A stretch of DNA of 62,082 bases, filler included, from Pirum gemmata (GCA_002812295.1; 17 parts of 17 records of this genome joined end to end with filler, not necessarily neighbours in it); one strand, 5' to 3'; positions 27,031-40,030 are shown, counted from the first letter of the whole stretch. Notes: generated from the letters alone by a model not told the origin. Numbers and translations are program-made.

Positions 27031-27661
27031 CCAGTCTCGTGCTTTTCAGTGTTTTGTCATCATAAAATATACAATAAATAGTACCAAATGTATGTGACAT
27101 AATAAAAGAAAAAAAATGCCCAACAATCGACTCATGAATCATAGAACCTAAGGCGTTAGGGAAAGTGAGGACAGGACCCACCCCAGGTTGGGTAGGAGGA
27201 AGGTAGGCCGGATAGTGTGAACCTCCTACTAGTGAGTAAACTTGAAAAAAAAAAAACAAAAAAAAAACAAAACAAAGACATCATTAAAATATGCAAGAAG
27301 CAAATTAAAGGTTAATAGTGAATAGTATTATAAATATAAGAGTTACCTAAATATATAAATCAAAATAGGAATTTAAAGTATTTGTACCAAGATAGAAGTA
27401 TAAGTGAAGTATATTAGATATAATTGAACTTTATAATATAAAGCTCCTTTAGAAGGAAAAACTTTAATAATATGAATAGCAAAATATGTAATAAGTTCAA
27501 AGTTAGTAACTAAGGATGAAAGCTATAAAAGAACAAGAAGTAAAAAGCCAAGAGCTTTATTTATGGTGTAAATACTCCATTTTGTGGTAGTTAACTGTGT
27601 AAGTATTAGTTTCACAAATTTATTAGCACAAATTTAAATATATAATCAATAAACGAAATGT

Positions 27662-27724
<63 letters not shown>

Positions 27725-29999
27725 GTATTATACCAAATATACAAAATTACATTTGATGATATGTATATAAAGTGTAAAAAATATGATTATATCAATGAAG
27801 ATGTCATAGACGAAATTTGTGAATCATATATAAAAAAATTAAGTACTACAATTAATAATAACCATTTTTTATGAATACGGTTTTTTGTATGTAAAAATCG
27901 AAGATTGAGGATTTTTTTTGTAACCTTCTGATTTATTAATAATTATTTGTATCATAAAGAGAAATTTTATTTCTAATAAAAAAAGTTCCTATTTTCCTTT
28001 TCTAAAAAGAAAAAAAGGAGTAGGTTATAGTTATATAGTTAAAAATTAAAGTTGTAATTTGTTTCATAATACTTTGGTATAAGTTAATGATTTGATTGTC
28101 AGTTGGTTGTGACTTGTTGTATTTTTCATAATAAGACAAGTCATATGATAATATATAGTCGTCTATGATGAGTAATTGTAGTGTAATTGTATTGTTCTTT
28201 TAAAAAATTGTTGTAGAAATATTTGCTTTGTTGAAGTTTGTTCTAGTAGAATTTCTAGAATTATAGCCTAGGAATTACAGAGAGAGTCCATGTTGCTCAT
28301 ATTCTAAGTAGGTCTAGCTAGCTAGATTGATAACCCCTAGCTAGTCTACAGGCAGCTGCTGCCTACAGGGCCTATGTGTGTGTGAGACTTCTATGTTAGC
28401 TAGCTAGCTAGCTAGTGATAGGTATTATTAGGCACCCATAATTGTACCCATCTACAAGTTCTAGTTACAACCCATAAAAATGTACTAAAAATATCACTGG
28501 CTATTGACTATAAAAGGTATCGAAAATGGAAAAAATTTCAAATATAGAATATATCACTAAAATTCGTGCATTTTTTTTTTTTTTTCAAGTTTGTTTTTGT
28601 ATGATATTGATAGTAGTGTTTTCACTCTCCTAGTATTTTTACTGTATTTTTTTTTTGTCTATGATAATAAGCCTCCAAGGGCTATATCATATCTACTGGC
28701 TATCTCTAATATCTACTCTGCTTATTATAGAGACTTATAGAGTCTAGCTATGATAGCTCTACTAACAATAGAGAGTATCGATATTAGAGTCTTTTTAGAG
28801 ACCGATCGTCCTACTACTCGTATGCATACTCTACTATCATAGTAGAGAGAGCTACTCACACTACTAGCTACTAGTAGCTATGCTAGCTAGGCCCCCTGGT
28901 CAATCGTAGGCCACCCTCTAGTAGCTAGCTAGCTCTAGCTAGTAAGGAAGGCCACCTGAGGGCCACCTCTATGATACTAGAACGCCCCCCCCCCCCCCCC
29001 CACACACACACTCTAGGAGCTATAGCACGTTTGATGAGACTGTTGGTAGGACTACATACTGACTACCTTGACTACATATGAATTTTTTAAATGAATACAT
29101 AGATAATAAAATATACCATAATATTATTATATGATACCAGACTATGATACTACCGGTAGAATTGATAGTTAAGACTAGAGTGTTACCCCCCCTAGCTAGC
29201 TATCTGATATCAATGATAGTATGATATCATATTAATATATCAGATAGTGCTTTTCACTACTAGCTAGGTGCTTTTCATTTGTTTTGTCATCATAAAATAA
29301 ACAATATATAGTACCAAATTAATACAATATAAATCCATTTCATTTAATTTGGTATATTATTATCATATTAATTAATAGCTAGTCCTAGGTAGCTAGTCTA
29401 CTATGATACCAAGTAGTCTTAATAGACTAGCTAATGCTATGATACACACTATCGCTATTGTAATGACTTATTTTATCCTTGCTACTCTCTTGTGCCTAAC
29501 CCTAACCCTGACACCACCTTTGTTCATACTCTATATGTATATGATATATGACTCACAATATTATTATTATTATTAATATTNNNNNNNNNNNNNNNNNNNN
29601 NNNNNNNNNNNNNNNNNNNNNNNNTTAATTAATTAANNNNNNNNNNNNNNNNNNNNNNNNNNNNNNNNNNNNNNNNNNNNTTAATTGAAAAAAGAAAGTG
29701 TTTCTATTTGTACTTGGGTTTGGGTTTGGGTTTGGGTTTTTGGTGGTGGTGGTGGTGGTGGTGGTGGTGGTCGTCGTCGTCGTCGTCTTCGTTTTTGGTG
29801 GCAATGTTGTTGGGTCAGACACTGTTTATAGTTATCTAGAGTTTGCATTTCTCTAATTTTTTAAAAATTGTTTGTTAATAAAATAATAATTTATATTTTA
29901 TATGTTTTATATATGAATCATACCCGGGAATCATAATTATCATAGATTGTTATTATTATTATTATTATTATTATTTTAAGAAAATCTCCAAAAAAAAAC

Positions 30000-30905
30000 C
30001 TAGTCCGTCCAATAATAAACTGCATTCTAACAATAAAATATAAAGCACCCGTCCTAGCCTAATGACCGCCTTTATATTTGTTTGAATCTAGTTATTGAAT
30101 GAAAAAAAGGAAAAAAAAGCTAAATATATATATATTAGGAAATAAGTCCGCCCAATAATGATAAACTACATTGGGTGCAATCCAACCCCAACAAAGTCCC
30201 AACAATAAGTATAAAGCACCCATCCTAGCCCAATGACTGCCTTTGTATTTGTATTGAATCTAGGTATTGAAATCTTATATATATTAGTGATATAGGGTTA
30301 GGGAGTGTTAGGGTTAGGGTTAGGGTTAGGGTTAGGGTTAGGGTTAGGGTTAGGGTTAGGGTTAGGGTTAGGGTTAGGGTTAGGGAATCATTTATATTTG
30401 TATTGAATCTACTAGGAATTGAATCTACAAGGCAAGTTGAAATGGTCTTTACAGCTTGTTTATAGCATTATTATTATGTTATTGATTGATGGTATAAAGA
30501 AACATAAATTTGTAGTAGGCGTTGTCTTTTTTATAATTATTTTTTTTACAGAATCTGATACCCATCTGAGACCCTAAATATAGAATATAGAATATAGCCA
30601 ATGATAAAGTCAAAATTTTTTCACAGCATTATTATGTTATCGTAACTTCAAGATTCGTAAGTAATTTGTAGTAGGCGTTGCCTTTTTTGTAATTAAAATT
30701 TTTTTACAGATACCTATCTGAGACCCTAAATATAGAATCTAGAATATGGCCAATGATAGAGTCAAAATTTTTGCACCAGAATTATTATGTTATTTATTGA
30801 TGGAATAAAGAAACATAAATTTGTAGTAGGCGTTGTCTTTTTTATAATTAATATTTTTACAGATACCCATCTGAGACCCTAAATATAGAATCTAGAATAT
30901 AGCCA
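30000..30905. repeat. Local tandem duplications around a (TTAGGG)n array (30296-30385)
   Basis: AGTCCG..CAATAA...AAAGCACCC.TCCTAGCC at 30002 and 30144; AATTTGTAGTAGGCGTTG...CTGAGACCCTAAATATAGAAT at ~30507, 30663 and 30818. Confidence 0.8.
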
Positions 30906-32128
30906 AAAAAAAAAAAAACTACTGCACTGGTATATTGTGTAAAATATTTTTTTCAAGAAACCCACAGCACTTTTGGGTGTATGATTTTCGGTTTTCGTTT
31001 GGAATAAATTATATTATATTTTAAATTTCTTTTTTACATCATAAACTCATATAATATTACTAGATATCCTTTTTATTAATTTTTTAAGCAATATTGCTCA
31101 ATGTAAGCTTTCTGTCAATATAAATATCCCCTTTGTACGTCATTAGCGCATATTATCTTTATTTTTGGTCATGCTAGCTTTTTTTTAAAAAAAAAAAAAA
31201 AAGGTTTTTTTAATGTGTTTATATTTAGCCTTTTTTTTTTTTTTTTGGTTAGAGTTAGGGTTAGGGTTAGGGTTAGGGGTTAGCTCTAGTAGGGGTTAGG
31301 GTTAGGGTTAGGGTTAGGGTTAGGGTTAGGGTTAGGGTTAGATTCAATACAAATATAAATGATTCCCTAAGCTTTTTTTTTGCTTTTTTCATTCATTGTG
31401 GGAATTATTGGACGGACTAGGTTATGTTTTCTGGAAATCGTTTTTTTTACAAAAGTTCCAGGATTTTTGTCCATATTATGTTGTTTCTGATATCTATAGA
31501 AAGGTCATTACTATTACTATTACTATTATTATTACTATTACTATTACTATTACTATTACTATTACTATTACTATTACTATTGTTATTACTATTATTATTG
31601 CTATTACTATTACTATTATTATCACTATTACTATATCCAATATGTTGTTTCGGATATATATAGAAAGGTCTTGTTGAGCTAATTAATGACTTTTAAAATT
31701 GAATTAAACAAAACAAAAATAATTTGTAAATTTCGAATTTTGGATGAAATTAGGCGTCCCTGTAAGCATCACTGTCAAATCCCAATTTTTTTTGTTGTAG
31801 ACTATGAAAGACGGGTGTTTTTTTTTTTATGATGACGTAAAATTTATGTTGATTTGTGTTCGAACATGAAAAAAAAAGTACATCGAGCCAAGTTTCTGTT
31901 GTTGAAAAAAAAAAAGCCGAAATTCAGCCGAGTTCGAAAATTATTTTTTCCATTATTTCGGGTTTATAAATAAATAAATATACTTGAATACTTAACTCTT
32001 AGCATAAAATTTTCGAACTTATTTAATTAATGCATAGGCTCAAGAACTCGGGTTAGGCTTAGGGCAAAGTAGCATTGGCTGAATTGAGAGAAGCCTGCAT
32101 GATAGGATAATGATAGGTATCATAGGCT

Positions 32129-32413
32129 TAGACTTCTCCGAATTCTGCCCGGGCAGAATTTGGCCTTTTTCGAGAAATGGCAGAATGGTGTTTTTCCTCT
32201 CTAACTCGATCAAAAATTAATTTGTTGAAAAAAAAAAAAAGGAGATTGATTCTACCCACTATAAAAATATAAGCTCTAACTTTTCAAATCTATTTATTTA
32301 TTAATAAACTCGAAAAANCAGACCAGAAATTCTGCTCGACAGAAATCGAGCTTTTCGGGGCAAAAGGCAGAAGCAGAAAGTCGAGTTTTAGGGGCAGAAT
32401 TCGGATAAGTCTA
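32129..32413. mobile_element. MITE family E (TIR TAGACTTCTCCGAATTCTGCCC), hAT-like
   Basis: 22-bp TIRs; flanks TCATAGGCT and TCACAGACT resemble a decayed TSD. A second, inverted copy is at 43827-44133. Confidence 0.8.
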
Positions 32414-32628
32414 TCACAGACTGCGGTTAGCATCCAGCCTAGCTGCCTTATTAAGGCTAGGTATTTAAGCTCGATTAGCCTCGATATTCAATGAAAAAAA
32501 AGCTAAAATATATATTTGGAAATCATTTAGTCTAGACTCTATAGAGTGCGTTTATATAAGACTATAAAACAGGTCTACAACATTTTTTATCATCATACTT
32601 TTTTAAAAAAAATTTTACTAACACCAAT

Positions 32629-32875
32629 TAGGTTTCTCCCAATTCTGGTCTGTTTTTAAAAAAAAATCGAGATTTCGAGTCTGTATAATATGTTAATGAA
32701 TAAGTTCGAAGTTCGAAATGTTTAATTTTACAATTAAGTATTCAAATATATTTATTGATTCTTAAACCCGAAAAATAAATATGAAAAAAAATGTTTTCGA
32801 ACGAAATTGAATTTTGGATTTTTTTGGCAGCAGAAATTCGAGTTTTCGTGTTTGGGCAGAATTGGGAGAGGCCTA
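32629..32875. mobile_element. MITE family D (TIR YAGGCTTCTCCCAATTCTG), hAT-like
   Basis: TAGG...CCTA termini with near-8-bp TSD ACACCAAT / ACACCCAA. Related copies at ~31860-32097, 46222-46449 and 55770-55971. Confidence 0.78.
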
Positions 32876-33197
32876 ACACCCAATTTGGTAATAATACCAT
32901 TCCTGAACTTAAGTACAGCCAATCATAAGACTTCTTTTCGATTAGTCGAACATCAGTCCTCCAATCATAAGACTTCTTTTTAGATTAGTTGAACAGCTAG
33001 TCACTGAGTAGTCAGTACTAGTAAAATTTTATTTTCTACTAACTAATTTAATATTATTTTAAGTTACTTAAATTTTAATTACTATACTATAAATATANNN
33101 NNNNNNNNNNNNNNNNNNNNNNNNNNNNNNNNNNNNNNNNNTTAATTAATTAANNNNNNNNNNNNNNNNNNNNNNNNNNNNNNNNNNNNNNNNNNNN

Positions 33198-36100
33198 TTA
33201 ATTATTTTTATAGCGTAGTTCATTATTGATATTATTGTCAATTGAAGATACTTGACATTGATCACCATCATCGAAAAGTAAGTCATAAACAAAGCGTTGT
33301 GGTTTAGCTTTGCGTTGTACCTTCGTTACTTTACCAGAGTAATAAATACCGTCATCGTGAAGTAGTTCAATAGCTCTGCCCTTCTTAATAGGATGAGAAA
33401 TAGTAGTACCAGATTTTTCAAATATTGATATCAAATGTTCCAGATTTGAGGAAGCTAATTCCCAAGAGTGTGCAAAAGACTCGTCCATGTATTGCCAGTG
33501 AATTAAATACTGTACCTTATTTCTGTAAAAGCGTCTTGCTAACACTGCAATAGGGGTCTGTACAGAATTTTCGGTACTCTCCAGTACTGTTTGAACCGTT
33601 ACGTCGCCTTTGTATGGTTTTAATAGACTTGCATGAAACACGTTATGAATTTTCATCTCCGTAGGAAGTGCTAACTCAAAAGCCACCTCGTTTACTTGTT
33701 TAATTATCTCAAACGGGCCCAAGAATTTGTAATCAAATTTTTTTACAGGGCGAATAGTCCTAATATTTTTCGTGTTAAGTAGCACCATATCTCCCTTTTT
33801 AAATGGAGACACTTGTCGTTTTAAATTTGCGTAGTGGGTATATCGTACTTGAGCTTCTTGTATGCTAGTTTTTATTTTTGTTTGGATCTCCGCTAGGTTT
33901 TCAAGGAGCTGCTCTGCTTTAGGTACCGAAGTGTCATATACAAAAGTTGGATCAAAAGTTGGATTAAAACCATAGTTTGCAAAAAATGGTGTCATATTAC
34001 TAACTTGGTTTTTTGTATTATTGTAAGTAAACTCCGCGATAGCCAAGTATAAATACCAATCCGACTGCAGATAGTTACAATTAATACGAATGTATTGTTC
34101 TAAAACTTGATTAGTAACTTCAGTCGATCCGTCCGATTGTGGATGAAAAGAGGAGCTCAAACACACCTTGCATTTTAATAATTCAAAAAACCTTTTCCAA
34201 AGCGCGCTCAAAAATTGTGGGCCTCTATCGGAAACTAAAGTAGCTGGGATGCCATGCAATTTAAACACTACTTTAATGTAGACTTCTGCCGTTTCTTCCG
34301 CTGTAATAGATTTATTAACCGGGATATAGTGGGCCATCTTTGATAAACGGTCTTTTACTACCAGTATCGCATTATAACCATGTGAATCCGGAAGATCTGT
34401 TATGAAATCCAGTGATACATCCCTCCAATTGCGCTCAGGGACTGGTAGCGGTTTAAGTAAACCATAAGGCTTGGTCCTATCAGGTTTATTCTTTTGACAG
34501 GTGTCGCAACGTTGAATATAGGCCATAACAGTTCTTTGCATTTGAGGCCAGTAATACGATCTTGCTACTAGATTTAAAGTTTTTTGTATACCATAGTGGC
34601 CTCCTAGCAGCCCATCATGTCGGGTGTTCAGAATCTTCGCTTGTCGTTCCTGTGAAGTAATAACGATTCGAGACCGAAACCATAGTAAATTATCTTTAAA
34701 ATCGTAGAATTTCGTATATGGTTCTTTTGAATGAAAATCTTGAAGTGTTTTTGACATAGCCGTCTCCTGCACCAGTTCTTCAATCTCCTCGGTGTTGTCC
34801 AAAGATACTGTGGCCGAACAGCATGTTACCGTCTTCATTACCAGAGCCAGAGGGAAAAGCACTTCTCCAGATACCAGAGCCATCGCACATGACGTCAAAC
34901 TGAGGGAACCGTCGCGTGATTTTTGGAAGACGTTGACGGATTGGGGTTTATAAGCATTTTCAGATTCACTTTTTCTAGATAGCACGTCGGGTTTCGTGTG
35001 AAGCTTTCCCTTTTTAAACTTAATTATAAAGTCATAATCTAGTAGGTTGCTAATCCATTCTGCTTGCCTTTTATTTAATGTGCGTTTCTCTGTATAATAT
35101 GTAAGATTTTTGTGGTCTGTTAGTACCGTAATCTTATGCTCACAGGGTAAGAGGTATTGTCTCCATAGTCGGAAAGCTTCATGGATAGCAAAAAATTCTA
35201 GATCGGGGACGTGCCAGTTGGCCTGGGTTGGTGAAAATTGTTTTGAAATATAAGCACACGGGTGAGGTCCATCGTTGTAAACGTTACTTAAGATACAACC
35301 GTATCCTAAAATAGAAGCGTCAGTCTCTACTATTACCGGCAGGTTTGGGTTAAAAGGTCGCAAAATAGGTGCAGTAGTAAAGGCCGTTTTCAATAATTCA
35401 AACACTGATGTTTGTTCGGAACCCCAATTAAATTGAACCGTAGACCCAACAAGTTTAGTAAGAGGTTTAGTAATTACCGCATAGTTTTTAATAAAAATTC
35501 TATAAAAATTTGCAAATCCCAGAAAGGCTTGTAGTTGTTTTTTTGTGTTTGGGGTCTTCCAGTTTAAGACTGCTTCTACTTTGGTCGGATCCATCTCTAG
35601 CCCTGCTTCACTTACTAAAAACCCCATAAAGTCTAGTTTCGCTACATGAAAAGAGCATTTAATTGGATTTACTTTTAATTTATGTTTGCGTAAAACTTCA
35701 AGTACCAATTTGACGTGTTATTCGTGTTTACTTGGGTCCTTGTCGTAGATTAGGATATCATCTAAATAAATTACTAGAAATTTGTCTAAGTATTGATGAA
35801 AAATTTGGTTTAAAAAACGTTGAAAGTTACTTGGAGAATTGGTTAGTCCAAAGCACATTACATTGTATTCAAACGAACCAAATCTACATCGAAAACTAGT
35901 CTTCCACCTGTCTGATTGCTTTACACGAAGCAAGTGGTAAGCGTTCGGTAAATCCAGACGAGTCATGATTCGCGATCCACCAATGTTATCCATCATTTGC
36001 GAAATTAAAGGAATGGGGAATTTATCTTTGACTGTTATTGCATTTAATTTCCTGAAATCTACACAAATTCTGAGCTTATTGTTAGGTTTGGGTACAAAAA

Positions 36101-36543
36101 ATACACCAGCACCGAGTGGGGATTTACTAGGTGATATCCACTTCTTTTTTAGCGCTTTATCGATATATTCCTTGAGGGCAATTAGGTGTGTAGGTGACAT
36201 AGGATATACCCTTGAGGCTTCGGGTAACACAGCCCCTTTAATTAGCTTTATTTCCATATCATAGTCTCTTTCAGGTGGCAACTCTTCTATATCATCGTTA
36301 TCATGATTTCCGAACACATCTTTGTACTCTGCATATTTGTGTGGAATTCCTTCGGTATTCATTTCTAAGGTAGATTTAGCATATTCTTTGTCCACTACCA
36401 CAGAGGCAAAAAAAACCGTTTCTTCAGTATCAAAGAAGAGCTCCGTATTTTCTATTTCTATGGATATAGGGTGTAAATGGGAACTATTTACCTCAATAGT
36501 TTCTGTTGTGTTAGTAAATAGGTTGGGGGGTTGCGAGTCTATC

Positions 36544-36574
<31 letters not shown>
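33198..36574 (-). mobile_element. pol: Ty3/Gypsy (chromovirus-type) LTR retrotransposon pol: RT-RNaseH-integrase-chromodomain-Tudor-like; one in-frame stop; gag, protease and LTRs outside the contig
   Basis: RT motifs LRICVDFRKLN, FGLTNSP and YLDDILIY; RNase H ETDAS and TDHKNL; integrase HHCC (H-x6-H...CDTC), D,D35E region (SLDFITDLP, VSDRGPQF, DGSTEVTNQ) and GPF motif. ORFs 35718-36401 and 33198-35708 share one frame, separated only by TAA at 35720-35718 (KHE*HVKLVL). The frame is open upstream to the contig edge. Confidence 0.95.
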
Positions 36575-37499
36575 NNNNNNNNNNNNNNNNNNNNNNNNNN
36601 NNNNNNNNNNNNNNNNNNTTAATTAATTAANNNNNNNNNNNNNNNNNNNNNNNNNNNNNNNNNNNNNNNNNNNNATTATTATTATTATTATTATTTATTA
36701 AGTATTTTTTTATTATTATCGCATTTATATGACTATTAAAAATCCAACTTTAGTTCTTTGTATCGTAAATATGGTCGTTTCCCGGATGGTTAGTATTATT
36801 TATTCTAACCCTAACCCTAACTCTTATCCAAAATCCTTACCCTAACCCCTTGCCTAAACCCTAACCCTCCTAACCCTAACCCTTACCCTTACCCTTACCC
36901 TAATCCTAACCCCGTAAATTATTATTATCATCATTATTTAAGTATTTTTTATTATTTTTATTATTTTAAGTATTTTTACTATTGTTATTATTTTATTTAT
37001 TTTTTAAAATTTTATTTTTAGTGCCGTAAATAGGGTTGTTGCTCGGATGGATTTTATCGGCCTGAATACCAATCCTGACGGCAGTGTGAGGGAACAAAAC
37101 GACCGTTTTGGTCCGGAAAGCGAGGTCAGAGACAAACAATTTATATATAGACCAAGGCGTTACCGAAACTCGAAAAAATCGGAAGAAAATTCCGCAGTTA
37201 GTGAAAATTAATTTTTAAAAATTTTAATAGCGAAATTAATAATGGCACTATGGTATGGTGCAACAATAATAAATAACAATAATAATAAATATGAAGAATA
37301 ATAAATAACAAGAATAATAAATAACAAGAATAATAAATAACAAGAATAATAAATAACAAGAATATTAAATATAACGGCTAAAATTTGCCTATGATCGAAA
37401 AACTTATTGAATTATTAAATATTCTCAAAAGTTAAACATTTCAAGAATTCAGACATTTTCGAAAATGACCAAATTTTAGAATTCTTAATTTTTTTTGTT

Positions 37500-38272
37500 T
37501 TTTTTTTTTTTTTTTTTAATTTTAACATCACTTTTTCACGCTTACCACATTTCTGAGCCATTACTCCCGCGAATTTCATCTGAGATGAGGGAATAAATAC
37601 AGTTACTCGCCTTATCTTATCATACTTCTTCGATTCCACTCCACTTATAAGAAAATTAATATCGGGTACATCTCTACAGTGCATTTGAGATGGAGGACAT
37701 GAACGTTTAGCTGCATCCTTTGGATTGCGTAATGGAAGAATATCATCTACACGACAACCAGTACCATAAAATAACACTTCTATAGTTAGTCATTTTGACA
37801 TTAAAACAACCTACTTCACATTCAAAACACTGGCCACATGATGCCACGGAGCACGACTTGCTTTCAGTGGTATTGTTAACAGAGGAGCCATTTTCGAGAT
37901 ATTCTCTTAATCTACTTTGCTTACCATTTCCATATTTAACTGAACAAGGACTCCAATTCCTCCAATTGTTATTACAACATGGTCCCATATTACACGTCTT
38001 ACTTCCAGCAGTATCGCTTCCTGCATAGTCGTTTCCGAGACATTTTCTTGACCTACTTTGTTTACCATTGCCACATTCAACAGAGCAAGAGTTTTAATCA
38101 CCCAACTTCCCGGCCCTAGGCTGCATTTTTCTTATGATAAGTTTCAATCAAAAGTCAATGATTTTAGCATTATTAGGTTTTTTACTACATTCAGTAAAAG
38201 TTTCAAAGAAATGAAACTTATGTTTACCAAATTACCATTATATATTTTACTGGCAATTTTTAAATAACCCAT
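37500..38272 (-). pseudogene. Thrombospondin type-1 (TSP1) repeat protein pseudogene
   Basis: Two TSP1 repeats: (W)GD*NSCSVECGNGKQSRSRKC and WRNWSPCSVKYGNGKQSRLREY. Lesions are W->stop (38096-38094), C->Y substitutions, and frameshifts at ~38101 and ~37775. A Cys-rich region follows. Confidence 0.75.
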
Positions 38273-39221
38273 CGAATCGAGACTAGTTCGAAACTTTCGA
38301 AACTTTCGAAATTTTTCGATTGACTCACTTGTGATTTTATTGAAAAATTCTTTTAAAAAATTCTTAGAAATTTCATAGAAAAAACTTGAAACTCGAAAAA
38401 ACTAGAATACCATTTCAAAACTGTCACTATTTAATAATTAGGATCGAGCTATTTGATTCGATTATGTTTTTCCATATCTCCCAGTTCTCACCTCACACAA
38501 TGTGGCTGCCTCTTCTTTTGAATAATATAATATATATCGAATCATCCATACCTTTATAAAATTAATAAAATTTAACTTTTTAAAAAAAAAGACCACCTAT
38601 TTAAAACAAGTCCATGCCTTAAATTTTAGGGTTAGGGTTGGGTTAGGGTTAGAGTTAGGGTTAGTTTATGGTTAGGGTTAGGGTTAGTTAGGGTTTGGTG
38701 TATTTTGTTTTGTTGAATATCTCTCACGGCCACCTACTAGCTAGCTAGAGTCTAGCTAGAGTCTACCCAACACTTTATTATTAATACAAAATATATGAAA
38801 AGCTCATGCTCGAATTTCCTGTTTACAAAAGTCACCATCGAGTATTAAAAAGTCGATCAATTTTTGTTCTACGACAGTGAACTGTCGGTAGTGCTATTCA
38901 GTTGTTTTTTGTCATCATAAAATAAACAATAAATAGTACCAAATTAAATTAATACAATATAAATCCATTTAATTTAATACCACCCCCAAACAGTAAAATG
39001 TTATGCATGCTATATTATAAAAAATTGATGTCTCAATCTTTAATTCGGCACTGTTTAATAATTAAATGTATAGTTGAAGTTGTTTATTCATGTTTATACA
39101 TGGTAGGTCTAATGGTTAATAAAATGCAGCATTAAAATTATACTTAAACCATTGCAGTCTTTGCTAGTCTAGCTGAGATTCCTTTCAGAGTAGACTCCTT
39201 TTCAGTGTCTTTCAGCACTCT

Positions 39222-39868
39222 AATCGTTCAAATACTATGTAACCCCAATTTCTGGTCAAATACAGCTTTAAATACCCCCTACCTACCTACCCCTCGACGA
39301 TAATTTCCGGTCAAATACCACCTACCTACCTACCCTTTGACGTGACGTATTATTTGAACGCTCTACGCTAAATATTATGGTAGGGGAGCGTTCTAATAGT
39401 ACATAACATCAATTTCTGGTCAAATACAGCTTCAAATACCCCCTACCTACCTACCCCTCGACGTTAATTTCCAGGTCAAATACCACCTACCTACCTACCC
39501 CTTGACGTGACGTATTATTTGAACGCTCACTACGCTAAAATAGTACATAACACCAATTTCCGGTTAAATACAGCTTCAAATACCCCTACCTACCTACCCC
39601 TCGACGTTAATTTCCGGCCAAATACCACTTAGTACCTACCCATTNCCTACCCCTCGACGTTAATTTCCAGGTCAAATACCACCTACCTACCTACCCCTTG
39701 ACGTGACGTATTATTTGAACGCTCACTACGCTAAAATAGTACATAACACCAATTTCCGGTTAAATACAGCTTCAAATACCCCTACCTACCTACCCCTCGA
39801 CGTTAATTTCCGGCCAAATACCACTTAGTACCTACCCATTGACGTGACGTATTATTTGAACGCCCCCC
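39222..39868 (-). mobile_element. Tandem array of MITE family B units
   Basis: Repeated TACAGCTTCAAATACCCCTACCTACCTACCCCTCGACG...TTGACGTGACGTATTATTTGAACGC. Part of the array, around the single N at 39645, is an exact duplicate and probably an assembly artefact. Confidence 0.82.
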
Positions 39869-39910
39869 TATGATACCGGTATGGGCAGAGAAAGGAAGCA
39901 AGAGAAAAGG

Positions 39911-40030
39911 AGTAGGGGTGAGATGACGCGATTTTATTATTACCGAACAGCTTCCGGAACTTTTCCGATTTTATGGTTTTATTACTATTAATGTTAATAT
40001 TATTACTTCAATTGGTATCTACTATAATTA
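39911..40030 (+). mobile_element. MITE family C, truncated by contig end
   Basis: AGTAGGGGTGAGATGACGCGATTTTATTATTACCGAACAGC. Confidence 0.8.

Noticed and set aside
35718..35720. TAA reassignment (ciliate-type code) suggested by the in-frame TAA in pol
   Set aside because: TAA terminates several intact genes (7440-7442 after KEEL, 41236-41238, 49638-49640); a single nonsense mutation is simpler.
35965..36630. Plus-strand ORFs 35965-36264 and 36322-36630, and antisense ORFs over other genes (16732, 18158, 18624, 19318, 40397, 53852)
   Set aside because: They are shadow frames of well-supported genes on the opposite strand or in another frame.
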